Assembly (NCBI GenBank): GCA_021813945.1
Contig: JAKAJD010000002.1
Location: 241,719 to 305,718 of the forward strand
From: a bacterium
GTDB lineage: Bacteria > Patescibacteriota > Microgenomatia > Curtissbacterales > GWA2-41-24
Length of the DNA stretch: 64,000 nucleotides
Direction of reading: 5' to 3'
In this document: in pieces, positions 36,736-47,117 of the stretch
How the letters are laid out: each line of letters begins with the position of its first letter
How positions within the stretch are numbered: position 1 is the first letter of the stretch
Notes under the pieces: model-generated
The model's database searches: none
What the model was told of the DNA's origin: nothing
Seen by the model: only the letters and a program-made list of their open reading frames with translations
Program-made: the position numbers and the translations under genes

Positions 36736-37101
36736 ATGTCTAAAATCAGTCTGAGGGGAAAAGTTCAGAAAGGTAAAAACAGGGGATCAAATTTAGGCTT
36801 TCCTACAGCAAACATCAATCTTCATAAAAAAATCCAAGAAGGTATTTACATATCAACTTCAAAAATAGGATTAAAAATTTATCAATCACTTACCTTCATC
36901 GGCGCTGCCAAAACCTTCGGGGAAAGCAAAATTAGTGCCGAAACTTATTTTTTATCCAATATCGGCAACATTTACGGAAAATGGATCACGGTTTCTCTAA
37001 TTAAAAAAATAAGAAACAATCAAAAATTCAAATCAGAAAAAGAATTAATTTCCCAAATGAAAAAGGATAGGGAAGAAGCCAAAAAATACTTTAAAATATA
37101 G
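36736..37101 (+). CDS. stand-alone riboflavin kinase (RibF C-terminal domain)
   Basis: G.V.KG..RG..LGFPTAN, ETY, IR...KF.S..EL..QM..D; likely ATG 36736. Confidence 0.88.
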   Translation: MSKISLRGKVQKGKNRGSNLGFPTANINLHKKIQEGIYISTSKIGLKIYQSLTFIGAAKTFGESKISAETYFLSNIGNIYGKWITVSLIKKIRNNQKFKSEKELISQMKKDREEAKKYFKI

Positions 37102-37103
37102 CC

Positions 37104-37745
37104 ATGTTCAGTGGAATAGTCGAAAAAACTACAAACTATCAGGAAATCAAAAAAGAAAAAGGTGGAATTAGGATTTCCTTTAAAATCACCAATGGTTTCA
37201 AAGTCAAAGAAGGTGAAAGTGTAAATGTGGATGGAGTTTGCTCAACAGTCGAAAAAGTTAAAAAAGGAATTTTCAGCTTTTTCTACATGCCCGAAACTTT
37301 AAAAAAAACGACGCTATCAAAAATTTCAAAGGTTCACACATTTAATCTTGAAAGACCCCTAAGGCTGGGCAGTCTTGTCTCTGGCCATCTTGTTGCTGGC
37401 CACATCGACACAACTGCCAAAGTATCCAATATCAAAAAAGGGAAGGGATCAAATGTTATCAAATTTCAAATTTCCGAAAAATTTACAAAATACATAATTT
37501 ACAAAGGGTCAATCGCAATAAACGGTGTTAGTCTAACTGTCACAGAAGTCGGAAAAGATTTTTTCAGTGTTTCTTTAATTCCCTACACTATTTCTCACAC
37601 CAATTTAGGTCAAATCAGAATTGGTGACTCGGTAAATATCGAAATCGACCAAATCTACAAATACGTCGAAAAACTTATAAGAGGCAAGTACAGCTTAAAT
37701 AAGTCGGCTTATCCCAAAAATAAACAAAATTCCCAAAACGGTTAA
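37104..37745 (+). CDS. ribE: riboflavin synthase alpha chain
   Basis: MFSGIVE, NLERPL, GHLVAGHID, KGSIAINGVSLTV, IPYT. Confidence 0.93.
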   Translation: MFSGIVEKTTNYQEIKKEKGGIRISFKITNGFKVKEGESVNVDGVCSTVEKVKKGIFSFFYMPETLKKTTLSKISKVHTFNLERPLRLGSLVSGHLVAGHIDTTAKVSNIKKGKGSNVIKFQISEKFTKYIIYKGSIAINGVSLTVTEVGKDFFSVSLIPYTISHTNLGQIRIGDSVNIEIDQIYKYVEKLIRGKYSLNKSAYPKNKQNSQNG

Positions 37746-38438
37746 TCCAATCATCCTATATGAGCTGTGTTTGCTGTGTGCTTCCGGCAGCATGTCGCTC
37801 GCCCCGATATATAGTAAAAACCCGGCGAAAAAGCCAAGATAAATAACAAGAATTTTGTCCGGTATTGTAAAAAGAAAAGTTGAAAGAACACCTGCAACAG
37901 GGGCCAAAGCGTCCAAAAAAAGTAGTTTCATTGCCTTTTCTCTTGTATTTGTATGGGTCAGCATTAAGGTAACCGTATTTAAACCATCAGAGAAATCGTG
38001 AGAAATAACGGCAATAGCAACAATTAGCCCAATTTGTTGGCTGATATGAAATCCTAGACCAATTCCGACACCGTCTAGAAAGCTGTGTATAGCAAGCCCG
38101 GATGCTCCTACGAGACCAACAACCGGATGTTTATGGATTGCGTATTCTTCCTCATGTCCGTTATGGATAAGAATCGATTTTTCCAAAATATGAAATGTCA
38201 CGAATCCAACAACTATGGCAATTGAAAGAGGCGTGAAACTTAACTTGTTTTCGGAAACGATGTTAAAAGCCTCCGGCAAAATTTCAAAGAAAGAAACCGC
38301 CAAAAGAACTCCCGCCGTAAAACTCATCACGTAATGAAGCCTATTATGGTTTTTTATGGCAAAGAGCCCACCCAACGTTGTTGAAACAAATGTTAAAAAT
38401 GAAAATAAAATTGCTTCCACTTCAGGCCATTTTTGCAA
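37695..38438 (-). CDS. ZIP-family metal transporter
   Basis: HSFLDG, HDFSDG, LPEAH. Confidence 0.9.
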   Translation of the reverse strand: MQKWPEVEAILFSFLTFVSTTLGGLFAIKNHNRLHYVMSFTAGVLLAVSFFEILPEAFNIVSENKLSFTPLSIAIVVGFVTFHILEKSILIHNGHEEEYAIHKHPVVGLVGASGLAIHSFLDGVGIGLGFHISQQIGLIVAIAVISHDFSDGLNTVTLMLTHTNTREKAMKLLFLDALAPVAGVLSTFLFTIPDKILVIYLGFFAGFLLYIGASDMLPEAHSKHSSYRMIGLTVLGILFIFGISRLI

Positions 38439-38488
38439 ATTGATAGTTTTGTGTCAAATAAAGCCCGGCTTTGATAGAATGGGGATGA

Positions 38489-38956
38489 ATGGACACTTTA
38501 ATAATTCTTGCAGCGAAGTATTTGTATTTATTGGTGATTTTAATAGCATTAGGGTGGGTATATTTTAAAGCCAAAGATAAAACTGTAAATATCGCAAAAT
38601 TAATCGTAGTTTCTTTTCCTCTAGCTTATATTTCTGCGAAGACTGCAGGACATTTTTACTACAACGCTCGGCCGTTTGTAGTAGAGAATATTAAGCCCTT
38701 AATAAGTCACGCAGCAAATAACGGCTTTCCATCGGATCATACTTTGCTTTCAATGACAATTGCATCAGTAATTTTTGTATATCACCGGAAATTGGGTATC
38801 TTTTTAGCAATACTTTCACTGGCTACAGGCTACGCAAGAATTGCAGCCAAAATTCATCACCAAATAGATGTTTTGGCAGCCGCAGTAATTGCCATAGCAG
38901 CAGTTTATATATCGGTCGTATTCTTAAAAAAACTAGGAGTAAAAATTGGCCGATAA
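38489..38956 (+). CDS. PAP2 phosphatase (BcrC-like)
   Basis: RPF, FPSDH, ARI...H...D. Confidence 0.85.
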   Translation: MDTLIILAAKYLYLLVILIALGWVYFKAKDKTVNIAKLIVVSFPLAYISAKTAGHFYYNARPFVVENIKPLISHAANNGFPSDHTLLSMTIASVIFVYHRKLGIFLAILSLATGYARIAAKIHHQIDVLAAAVIAIAAVYISVVFLKKLGVKIGR

Positions 38957-39668
38957 CGAAGATTTACAAAATCACTTAAGAAAAAATATTTTCTTAGTAA
39001 AAAGTGCATTAGATTGGACGGTAGAACATGCAATCTCTGCAGGCCTAAAGCCAGAAACATTCGCCTATGTTCCTAAAATCTGGGAAGACGACGCATTTTT
39101 AATAACCAAGGATAACGAAAAGTCGAGAAACATTACTGTTTCTCCTAAAACAGCCCAGGTTTTCATTCCTCTTTCCGAAATAGACAACCTCCATGATCTC
39201 CTACACGAATCAGTCCACCGTTTGGGAATCTTGCAAATAAATGTCCATGGAAACATACTTTTGCCGCAAATTGCTGAAACTTTCGACCTGCAACTCGTTT
39301 TAAAGGACAACAAAAATATAAACCCTGACTCGTTTGATTTAGTTCTCCCATCACCTGGAGATTACCAAACCGCAAAATCACGCCTCATAAACGTATACGA
39401 AAAGCTTCTTGAAGGTGTTACTGAATGGGTAGTCCAGTTTACTAATAGACTGTCACGCGAGCATGGCTATGCCTTGTTTGAAGACTTATCGCAAAAATAT
39501 TCAAAAGAAGTCGAACTTTTTGAAAAAATCAAAACAGACCTTAAACAAAAAGGCATATCAGAGAATCACGCAAATGGTCTTTTAATTGCCTTTTCGCTAA
39601 CAGGAGACTCACAAACTTTACACACCAAATTATCAGATGATTTTTTAAGGTTTTTAAACGAATTTTAA
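38946..39668 (+). CDS. hypothetical protein with HExxH metallopeptidase motif
   Basis: LLHESVHRLG and downstream EGVTE. Confidence 0.55.
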   Translation: MADNEDLQNHLRKNIFLVKSALDWTVEHAISAGLKPETFAYVPKIWEDDAFLITKDNEKSRNITVSPKTAQVFIPLSEIDNLHDLLHESVHRLGILQINVHGNILLPQIAETFDLQLVLKDNKNINPDSFDLVLPSPGDYQTAKSRLINVYEKLLEGVTEWVVQFTNRLSREHGYALFEDLSQKYSKEVELFEKIKTDLKQKGISENHANGLLIAFSLTGDSQTLHTKLSDDFLRFLNEF

Positions 39669-40189
39669 CTGGAGCTTCCAAAGAAAATTTTGTAAACAAA
39701 AGAAGTGATCGGATCAATATCCTGTCCGTGCGCAATTATTCCGCCTAAAGCTCCAAGTATCATCAAAATAATAAATCCTAAAACAGCCAAAATTACGATT
39801 ATATGTTTTTTAAAAACGATATCGTCAATAAATTTCGCAACTTTCAAAAAGATATTATTTAAAGGCCCTAATTTGTTAACGATGGAAGTGTTTTTTGCAA
39901 GAACCTCAACTAGGTAAAAAAAGCCAACAAGCCCGAAAACTATTATCGCCGATTTAGCAAACATCGAATGTACCTCAACCACTTTGCGAACGTCTTCAAA
40001 CTGATTCTGGATTATTTCGCCGCTTGCATATGCAGGTAAAAGTGAAAGAGAGCCCAAAATTGCAAATGTCCCTTTTATCCAAAAAATTATCTGGTTTTCC
40101 AGAAGTTTCCTGAATCTTAATACTTCAAAAACACAATAGACTGTTAGTAGTGCAACCGGAAAATGGACAATAAGAGGATGAAAATTCAT
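39665..40189 (-). CDS. DUF2231-like membrane protein
   Basis: HPLIVHFPVAL, SGE, H, G..GG.I.HG. Confidence 0.8.
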   Translation of the reverse strand: MNFHPLIVHFPVALLTVYCVFEVLRFRKLLENQIIFWIKGTFAILGSLSLLPAYASGEIIQNQFEDVRKVVEVHSMFAKSAIIVFGLVGFFYLVEVLAKNTSIVNKLGPLNNIFLKVAKFIDDIVFKKHIIVILAVLGFIILMILGALGGIIAHGQDIDPITSFVYKIFFGSSS

Positions 40190-40193
40190 TCTA

Positions 40194-40664
40194 TTAAGCT
40201 CGCTTAGACTTTAACTCCTTGGACAAACTCATAAGCATGTCAAGCTGTTTTTGCAGTTGTTTATCCTGTTCAGATAAATGCAAAAGTATTTGCTCAATAT
40301 CCTTGTAGCTGGAAATTGTCGTTTTGTATTCCTCCTCCGCCCTGACTTCGGCGTGTTTTCCCTGAAGATTTTGGCCGACCATAATAAGAGGCATTAAAAG
40401 AAGCTGAACGATATTGCCCAAAAATAATAGAAAAGCAAACGGAAAAGGATCAAAAGGCCTATTAGCAAAAAAAGTTTGCCAAAGCATCCATCCGCTCATA
40501 AATAGGATGAAAAAATAAACGGCATACATTGTGCCGATTATGTTTGTGGCATTCAACGCTATTTTGTCTTGGATGCTTAAGCTGCCCCTATGCTTTTCGT
40601 TAACATTCTCTGGTCTATGTCTGATTTTTAAATAATCTTTATAATTTGTATCCATATTTACCAA
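40194..40664 (-). CDS. DUF1003 membrane protein
   Basis: FDPFPF.FL and PLIMVGQN. Confidence 0.85.
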   Translation of the reverse strand: MVNMDTNYKDYLKIRHRPENVNEKHRGSLSIQDKIALNATNIIGTMYAVYFFILFMSGWMLWQTFFANRPFDPFPFAFLLFLGNIVQLLLMPLIMVGQNLQGKHAEVRAEEEYKTTISSYKDIEQILLHLSEQDKQLQKQLDMLMSLSKELKSKRA

Positions 40665-42310
40665 GAGACTCTAACGTGTTTCATTGCATAATCCATACTG
40701 CCGCCGACTTTTTTATGTGGATTAAAAATATCTTGCGGGTCGAAAATTTGTTTAGTTTCTTCGAATAATTTTACAATTTTCTCTCCAAACATTTCTTTTA
40801 GGTATGGCGTGCGGATTAATCCGTCATTGTGTTCTGCAGTTATAGACCCTTTGTACTTTATGATAATGTCATAAACCTCGTCTGCAATTTGTGGAATTAG
40901 CTCTCTCACCTTTGGGTTTGTGATATCGACAAGTGGAATTATATGGAAATTGCCATCACCTACATGACCCGCCACCGTAAAAATAAATTCCGGATGTTTT
41001 TTTAAAATATCGGTAATTTTAGGAATTACTTCTGAAATATATTCTGGTTTTATATCAAAATCATCAATAAATGGAGCAGTATGTTTATCCCTAATTTTTT
41101 TTCTAAGCAAATTAAAACTTTCCCTACGGACTAACCAATACCGTTTTTCAGCAGAGTCCTCAGCGACCTGCGTCTCCGGATGAAGAGGTTTTAACTTTTC
41201 GCGCAGTTTCCTAACCTTTCCCTCCACCTCGCTCGCATCATCGCTTGTAAAATCAACCTGAAGAACAAGTTTTGGGAGATTTCTGCCTGTGAATAAATCG
41301 AAAAAAGCCGGGAAAAACGCAAGACCCGCCTCAATCATTCCAAGTGGACCCAGCTGTTTTGCAAATTCCGGAAAATACCGCAACGCAAGCTTAAGGGTGT
41401 TGTCATCATACGACTCGAAGCTTTCCGGTTTAAGCTCTAGGACTTCGTTAATAATTTGTCCCAAATGCGACAAATCATGAAGAAAGATAATCAGCATTTC
41501 CCTGTGCTTATGGACGGGAACAAGCTCCAAATCGCCTTCCAAAAACAACCCCAAAGTCCCCTGGGCGCCTACAAAGAGTTTTGTAATATCAAAAATTTTC
41601 GACTCCTTATCGTAAACATTCCACAAATAATAACCTGCAGAATTTTTGGAAACTTCTGGTTTAGCCTTTTGCAAAATATCGTAATTCGAATCTACCAGCT
41701 CAAAGATTTTTTTATAGATTTTCCCCTCAAAATCACTCTTTTTTATTTTTGCCCTAAGTTGGCCCTCATCGAGCGCTTTCATATCGTAAGCTTTACCGTC
41801 AGAAAGCACGGCTCTTACACGCTTTACATATTTTTCGGTTTTTCCATACTGAAGGGATTTTTCTCCACCTGAATTGTTATTAAAAATTCCACCCATCGCA
41901 CAAAGTTCACGCGACGCTGGATAAGAAGGGAAAATCAAACCATGCTTGAGGGTCTCCGCTTCAAAATCACGGTAATAGACTCCGCTTTGACATGTCGCAA
42001 TATTTCCAGAAACTGTTGGAGTCTTATTGAAATATTTAGTGAAGGAAACAACTATCGAATCGCCAATAGCTCCGCCGGACATATCGGTCCCTGCGGATCT
42101 TCCTGTTAAAGAAAGTTCAGGATTATTTTTTTTGTTTTTTCCAACATAAGAAACAAGCGCTTCGACGTCTTCCTCGTCCTTTGGAAAAACAACTATTTGA
42201 GGCTTAACCTCAAACAAACTGGCGTCATGGCTGAAATTTGTCAGCGTCTCGTTATCTTCTGCAACGCCACCTTTTATTATTTTAGAAATATCCTGGGCAA
42301 GATTTGTCAT
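40658..42310 (-). CDS. FAD-linked oxidase (GlcD/D-lactate dehydrogenase family)
   Basis: DAS...P..VV.P, GTDMSG, GHVGDGNFH, EHNDG, FDP..IFNP. Confidence 0.9.
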   Translation of the reverse strand: MTNLAQDISKIIKGGVAEDNETLTNFSHDASLFEVKPQIVVFPKDEEDVEALVSYVGKNKKNNPELSLTGRSAGTDMSGGAIGDSIVVSFTKYFNKTPTVSGNIATCQSGVYYRDFEAETLKHGLIFPSYPASRELCAMGGIFNNNSGGEKSLQYGKTEKYVKRVRAVLSDGKAYDMKALDEGQLRAKIKKSDFEGKIYKKIFELVDSNYDILQKAKPEVSKNSAGYYLWNVYDKESKIFDITKLFVGAQGTLGLFLEGDLELVPVHKHREMLIIFLHDLSHLGQIINEVLELKPESFESYDDNTLKLALRYFPEFAKQLGPLGMIEAGLAFFPAFFDLFTGRNLPKLVLQVDFTSDDASEVEGKVRKLREKLKPLHPETQVAEDSAEKRYWLVRRESFNLLRKKIRDKHTAPFIDDFDIKPEYISEVIPKITDILKKHPEFIFTVAGHVGDGNFHIIPLVDITNPKVRELIPQIADEVYDIIIKYKGSITAEHNDGLIRTPYLKEMFGEKIVKLFEETKQIFDPQDIFNPHKKVGGSMDYAMKHVRVSW

Positions 42311-43306
42311 TCAGGAAGTTTTTCTGGCGATAACTTTTTTGACAGCAGCCAAAATTGCGTTTTTGTCCATTTTGTATTTTTCTAATAGTTCTTGGGGCTT
42401 GCCAGATTCAGCAAATGTGTTTTGAAGGCCGATAAATTCAATTGGCGTTGGCTTATGTTTTGCTAAAGTTTCGGCGATTGCGCCACCAAGTCCACCCATA
42501 ACTTGATGGTCTTCGCAAGTGACCACCGCACCCGATTTTTTAACCAACCTTACAATTTCCTGCTCATCAAGCGGTTTAATAGTTGATACATTACAAACCT
42601 CCACATCAACTTTTTCCTCTTTAAGCATCTTTGCTGCCAAAAGGGCGTGATAAACCATATAACCCGTTGCAAAAATTGTTGCTACCGGTTTTTCACTTTC
42701 CCAATAAACATCAACTTTTCCCGGCACAAAAGGTGTTTTGTCTCCGGTCATAACTGCTGTTTTATCCCTAGTAAAACGGACATAAACAGGCCCATTTATT
42801 TTTGCAGCAGTCAGTGTTGCAGCTTTAGCTTGATTTGAATCACATGGAATAAAAATCGTCACATTTGGAAGGGCCCGCATAATAGCAATATCCTCAGTTG
42901 CTTGGTGTGTTGCGCCATCCGGGCCAGTAACGATTCCGGAATGGTGGCCGGCTATTTTTACATTTGCATCGTTATAGACAATAGTTGTTCTTACAGTTTC
43001 CCAGTTTTTCCCTGGCGAAAAAGTTGCGTACGATGCGATAAAAGGAATTTTTCCGGAAACCGCAAGACCGGCAGCCACTGATGCCATATTTTGCTCTGCT
43101 ACTCCGCATTGTATAAAACGATCCGGAAATTCTTTAGCGAATTTATGGCAATGTGTGGATTCGGTAAGGTCAGCAGAAAGCGCGACGATATTTCTGTCAG
43201 CTTTACCCGCCTCTAAAAGACCCTCTCCAAATCCAAGGCGAGTTGTCTGCATTTCACAATCGGAATCAAAAACCTTTTCGTTTAAATAAAGTTTTGGATT
43301 TAACAT
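42311..43306 (-). CDS. transketolase, C-terminal subunit
   Basis: GVAEQNM, GPDGATHQ, EDH...GGLG. Confidence 0.93.
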   Translation of the reverse strand: MLNPKLYLNEKVFDSDCEMQTTRLGFGEGLLEAGKADRNIVALSADLTESTHCHKFAKEFPDRFIQCGVAEQNMASVAAGLAVSGKIPFIASYATFSPGKNWETVRTTIVYNDANVKIAGHHSGIVTGPDGATHQATEDIAIMRALPNVTIFIPCDSNQAKAATLTAAKINGPVYVRFTRDKTAVMTGDKTPFVPGKVDVYWESEKPVATIFATGYMVYHALLAAKMLKEEKVDVEVCNVSTIKPLDEQEIVRLVKKSGAVVTCEDHQVMGGLGGAIAETLAKHKPTPIEFIGLQNTFAESGKPQELLEKYKMDKNAILAAVKKVIARKTS

Positions 43307-43309
43307 AAA

Positions 43310-44188
43310 CTACCCGACCTCCTCCTCAATCTTTTTTAAATCAGAAAGTGCAACTTTTACTTGTTCATCTTTTGGTGGAGCGCCGGCTACATCAGCAATT
43401 CCGGGGGGATTGCCATGCCAAAGATAGTTGTTTTCCATATATGAAACTCCCTTACCTGGAATAATATGCGCAACGATTGCAGTTGGCTTATCATGCGTGG
43501 CCTGCGCTTGGGAAATAGCGTCGACGAAGGCTCTCATATTGTGTCCGTCTACCTCAATTGTTTCCCAGCCGAAAGCACGGTATTTGTCTGCCATTGGTTC
43601 AAGTGGCATAACGTTTTCCGTATCGCCATCTATTTGAATATTGTTGCGGTCTAAAACTAAAGTCAAATTATCAAGCTTGTATTTTGGAGCAAGCATTAAA
43701 GCTTCCCAAGTGTTACCCTCCTGGTGCTCGCCATCAGAAGCAACGCAGTAAATCCTATGAGCTTTCCCATCCATTTTTGCGGCGATTGCCATACCAATTG
43801 ACTGGGAAAGTCCTTCTCCAAGCGGTCCGGAAGTCGTTTCAACCCCGGGTAGGGCACTTCTGTGTGGATGCCCTTGTAATCTGGAATCTATTTTTCTAAG
43901 AGTCATCAATTCCTTTTCGGGGAAATATCCGGCAAGAGCCATCGCCGCATAGCGCACAGGGCAAATATGGCCATTTGAAAGTACAAGCCTGTCCCGGCTA
44001 TCATCGTTTGGCTTTTTAGGATCGTGTTTTAATATATGGAAATAAAAGGCAGAAAAAATATCGGCCATCCCCAAAGGGCCGGCAGAATGCCCAGATTTAG
44101 CCTCAGCCAGCATCTCAATAATTAACTGGCGTATTTTGTTAGCCTTTCTCTCAAGTTCCCTAATTTTGTCTTCCGTAAGATCAGTCAT
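43310..44188 (-). CDS. transketolase, N-terminal subunit
   Basis: SGH, LS.GH, LQGHP, DGE.QEG..WEA. Confidence 0.93.
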   Translation of the reverse strand: MTDLTEDKIRELERKANKIRQLIIEMLAEAKSGHSAGPLGMADIFSAFYFHILKHDPKKPNDDSRDRLVLSNGHICPVRYAAMALAGYFPEKELMTLRKIDSRLQGHPHRSALPGVETTSGPLGEGLSQSIGMAIAAKMDGKAHRIYCVASDGEHQEGNTWEALMLAPKYKLDNLTLVLDRNNIQIDGDTENVMPLEPMADKYRAFGWETIEVDGHNMRAFVDAISQAQATHDKPTAIVAHIIPGKGVSYMENNYLWHGNPPGIADVAGAPPKDEQVKVALSDLKKIEEEVG

Positions 44189-45462
44189 GCTTTAAAAACA
44201 ACCATTAAATCAGAAACGTTAGAAGGTAACCTACCTGTCAGTATAGCATCGCCGACAGACTCGAAAAAAGCAAAACTATTATTATCTTCCAAGAATTTTT
44301 GAATATCCAAACCGGCTTCTTTTGCCTTTCTGGCAGTTTCCAAATCACCAATTGCACCAGCCGCCTCGCTGTTATCCCAACCGTCTGAATCAAAAGAACA
44401 AATCACGACTCCTTGGGTGATACTAGAAAGAGCGGACAAGACTAGTTGCTGGTTTCGGCCGCCCTTACCTTTGCCGGAAACCTTAACCGATGTTTCTCCT
44501 CCAACCAAAAGGATAGTTCCGGCTTGCGTTGCTTCAATTAGACTCCTGCCGGCTACATTTGCATCATCCTGAAAACTATTAGTTGATACTATGGCTTTTT
44601 GGCCTAGTTCTTCCGCTCTTTTTTGCATTGCCAAAAGGGCAGTATCGTTACTTAAAAATAAAATGTTATCGACATTTTCAAAATACTTCTCCTCCTTTGG
44701 GCTTTCAATAAAATTAGTTTCGATAGTACCCAGCTTTTCATTTAAGTTATATTTTTTAATAACAGTTTCCGCATCTACCAATGTGGATTCGTCTTTAACC
44801 GTGGGCCCTGATGCAATAACCGAAAGATTATTTCCTGGCACATCCGAGAAGATTAAATTAACGATTTTTGCTGGATAAAATATTTGCGAAAGTCCTCCAC
44901 CTTTGACCACATCGAGATGCTTTCTGACTGCATTCATTTCCCGAATATCGGCTCCACAATGTAAAAGCGCGCTGTTAACTTGAATCATCTGATCTAAAGT
45001 CAAGTTATGTGGAGATTCCAACATAACAGAACCTCCTCCGCAAGTAACCATAATCACAAGATCCCGCTGCGAGAGATGACTCAGCTTGTCAATAATTTTT
45101 TTAGTAAATTCCAAATTTTGCGGTGACGGTAGAGGGTGAGTACCGAGGGTAAACTCTATTTTGGAAAATTTTTCATCTGTTACGTCGATTACGTATCCGC
45201 CGGTCAGCTTTTCTCCAATGACGGGTTCAATAAGCTTGCAATTCCCCGCAGCACCTTTACCGTAACCCAATAAATATACATGGTCAAAGTCCGAAAGATT
45301 GTAAGATTTACTTTGGATCTTCAAAATCCCGTTCTGAATCGAGAAATTCTGCCTAAAAATCTCATCAGGCTGAATTGAAGCAATTGCAGCCTCAACAAGC
45401 TCAAGCACTACCTTACGGTTCTCGTCTGTCGCAAGCTGCTGGTAGTTTTTAACAAAACCCAC
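44185..45462 (-). CDS. glycerate 2-kinase (DUF4147/MOFRL)
   Basis: GKGA, HPLP, GGGS, VKGG.L, SDVPG, IASGPT, GGET, GGRNQ. Confidence 0.9.
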   Translation of the reverse strand: MGFVKNYQQLATDENRKVVLELVEAAIASIQPDEIFRQNFSIQNGILKIQSKSYNLSDFDHVYLLGYGKGAAGNCKLIEPVIGEKLTGGYVIDVTDEKFSKIEFTLGTHPLPSPQNLEFTKKIIDKLSHLSQRDLVIMVTCGGGSVMLESPHNLTLDQMIQVNSALLHCGADIREMNAVRKHLDVVKGGGLSQIFYPAKIVNLIFSDVPGNNLSVIASGPTVKDESTLVDAETVIKKYNLNEKLGTIETNFIESPKEEKYFENVDNILFLSNDTALLAMQKRAEELGQKAIVSTNSFQDDANVAGRSLIEATQAGTILLVGGETSVKVSGKGKGGRNQQLVLSALSSITQGVVICSFDSDGWDNSEAAGAIGDLETARKAKEAGLDIQKFLEDNNSFAFFESVGDAILTGRLPSNVSDLMVVFKA

Positions 45463-45471
45463 TTAATTTCA

Positions 45472-46032
45472 TTATACAGACAAAACTCCTCGATTAGTCA
45501 CCACGAAATCCATCTTTAAATCGTGAGGCTCAAAAGGAATATCCTCTAGAATTTGAAACTCAAATCCTAGTCCGATTTTCGTCGCGCTAGATTCGGAAAG
45601 CAATCTATCGTAAACTCCCTTACCATACCCGAGCCGAACAAAAGTGTTTGAAAATCCAACCCCAGGAACAATTGCCAAGTCTAAATTGCCCTCAATTTGC
45701 CCAGACTTTTTTGGCTGTTGCATTGTTCCGTACGGGCCCGAAATTAAATCGGTTTCACTGTCAAATTTAGAGCAAACCCATTTACCGTTAAAATAGGCAG
45801 GCAAATAGATTTCTTGATCCTTGCTCCTAGAGTAATCCAGAATCTTGCGTGTTTCCACCTCATTATTTATAGGAAGATACAAAAGAATACTTTTTGCATG
45901 CAAAAATTTATCGATTTTAAGCAAATTCTCAAAGATTTCTGCGCTTTTTTTAGAAATTACATCCTGCCCGAGGCCTTTTCTTTTTATAAGCAACCTTTTT
46001 CTGATTGAATCTTTAGTAATAATTTTTGACAT
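45472..46032 (-). CDS. 5-formyltetrahydrofolate cyclo-ligase
   Basis: EV.T, IVPGVGF, RLGYGKG.YDR, EPHD. Confidence 0.92.
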   Translation of the reverse strand: MSKIITKDSIRKRLLIKRKGLGQDVISKKSAEIFENLLKIDKFLHAKSILLYLPINNEVETRKILDYSRSKDQEIYLPAYFNGKWVCSKFDSETDLISGPYGTMQQPKKSGQIEGNLDLAIVPGVGFSNTFVRLGYGKGVYDRLLSESSATKIGLGFEFQILEDIPFEPHDLKMDFVVTNRGVLSV

Positions 46033-46076
46033 GGGTAAAAAAATGCTATATGAACCAAAAATTAGCTCAAGATACT

Positions 46077-46478
46077 CTACTTACTCTTTTTCAGAAGCTT
46101 ATCGGAATATTTATCAATCCCAAAATCGAATACGCAAAAAATCACGGCTACCAAAAGCACAAAAAGAACGTTCGATATGCCAAGCCCAGTCAGAACGGAT
46201 AATCTCTTGACAATCCAAATTCCAATTACAAAAGCAACAAAATCAAAAACAACCCACAATCGCCAATCTTTTACACCTATTTCTGCTTTTTCGACAGCAA
46301 CCGGAACCAAAAAGAAAACAATTGTCAAAAGAAAAGCCGAAAACACAGATGCAAGCCCTTTAGAAAGCACCGCATTTCCAAGTACCACAGAAGAACTGAA
46401 AATTTGCGATATTACAGCAAGTAAAATGCTATTCACAACCCAAACAGCCAAAAACTTAACAAGCCTTGTTTGCTCCAT
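46077..46478 (-). CDS. 4-TM membrane protein
   Basis: Hydrophobic 133-aa ORF. Confidence 0.65.
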   Translation of the reverse strand: MEQTRLVKFLAVWVVNSILLAVISQIFSSSVVLGNAVLSKGLASVFSAFLLTIVFFLVPVAVEKAEIGVKDWRLWVVFDFVAFVIGIWIVKRLSVLTGLGISNVLFVLLVAVIFCVFDFGIDKYSDKLLKKSK

Positions 46479-46568
46479 ACAACCTTACAACCAAAGAATA
46501 AATCAAGCGAGAATTTAAGTCAATACGAAATTGACTTAGCCTCGAATGTATAGTAGAGTAAAGACGGC

Positions 46569-46871
46569 ATGTTAAGCCAGGAAGCCATCATTGAAAAGCT
46601 CAAAGAATGCCTTGATCCAGAATTAGGCATAAATATCGTCGACCTCGGTCTCATTTACAGCATCAATATTGAAGATTCGAACGTAGGTGTCCAAATGACT
46701 TTAACGACTCCAGGTTGCCCTTTAGATTCCTATTTCGTCAAAGACGTCACTTCCAAGCTAAAAACCATTAAAGGTGTCAAAGATGTTATGGTAGAGATGA
46801 CATTCGATCCACCTTGGAATCCCTCAAAAATGACGGAAGAATCGAAAGATCTGCTCGGCTTTGTTAATTGA
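46569..46871 (+). CDS. DUF59/SufT-like Fe-S assembly protein
   Basis: DPELGINIVDLGLIY, MTLTTPGCP, FDPPW. Confidence 0.93.
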   Translation: MLSQEAIIEKLKECLDPELGINIVDLGLIYSINIEDSNVGVQMTLTTPGCPLDSYFVKDVTSKLKTIKGVKDVMVEMTFDPPWNPSKMTEESKDLLGFVN

Positions 46872-47011
46872 TTTCCTGTCTTGCTTTAACTTGTAATGAA
46901 TAGACTTGATTTTCGGGTTTTATTCGGTTATACTTAAAATGGAAATTTGTCCCTTTAAGTAATTTTTAGGGTATTGACAAGGGCAAGATTTAGTGTCTAA
47001 TCTGGAATTAG

Positions 47012-47027
47012 ACCACAATATATTGTG
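47012..47027. promoter_or_regulatory. NrdR box
   Basis: ACCACAATATATTGTG downstream of TTGACA (46974-46979), upstream of nrdR-nrdJ. Confidence 0.85.
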
Positions 47028-47117
47028 CTTTTGGCAAATCTGTGAAACATTAGCCTGCAACGCCAAAAGTGTAATTTCATAACAGGGCAGCTATTTTTTA
47101 AACAAGGGGAGTGTGTT

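Noticed and set aside
46517-46537. AAGTCAAT-N5-ATTGACTT as an operator
   Set aside because: Explained by back-to-back TTGACT -35 boxes of divergent promoters
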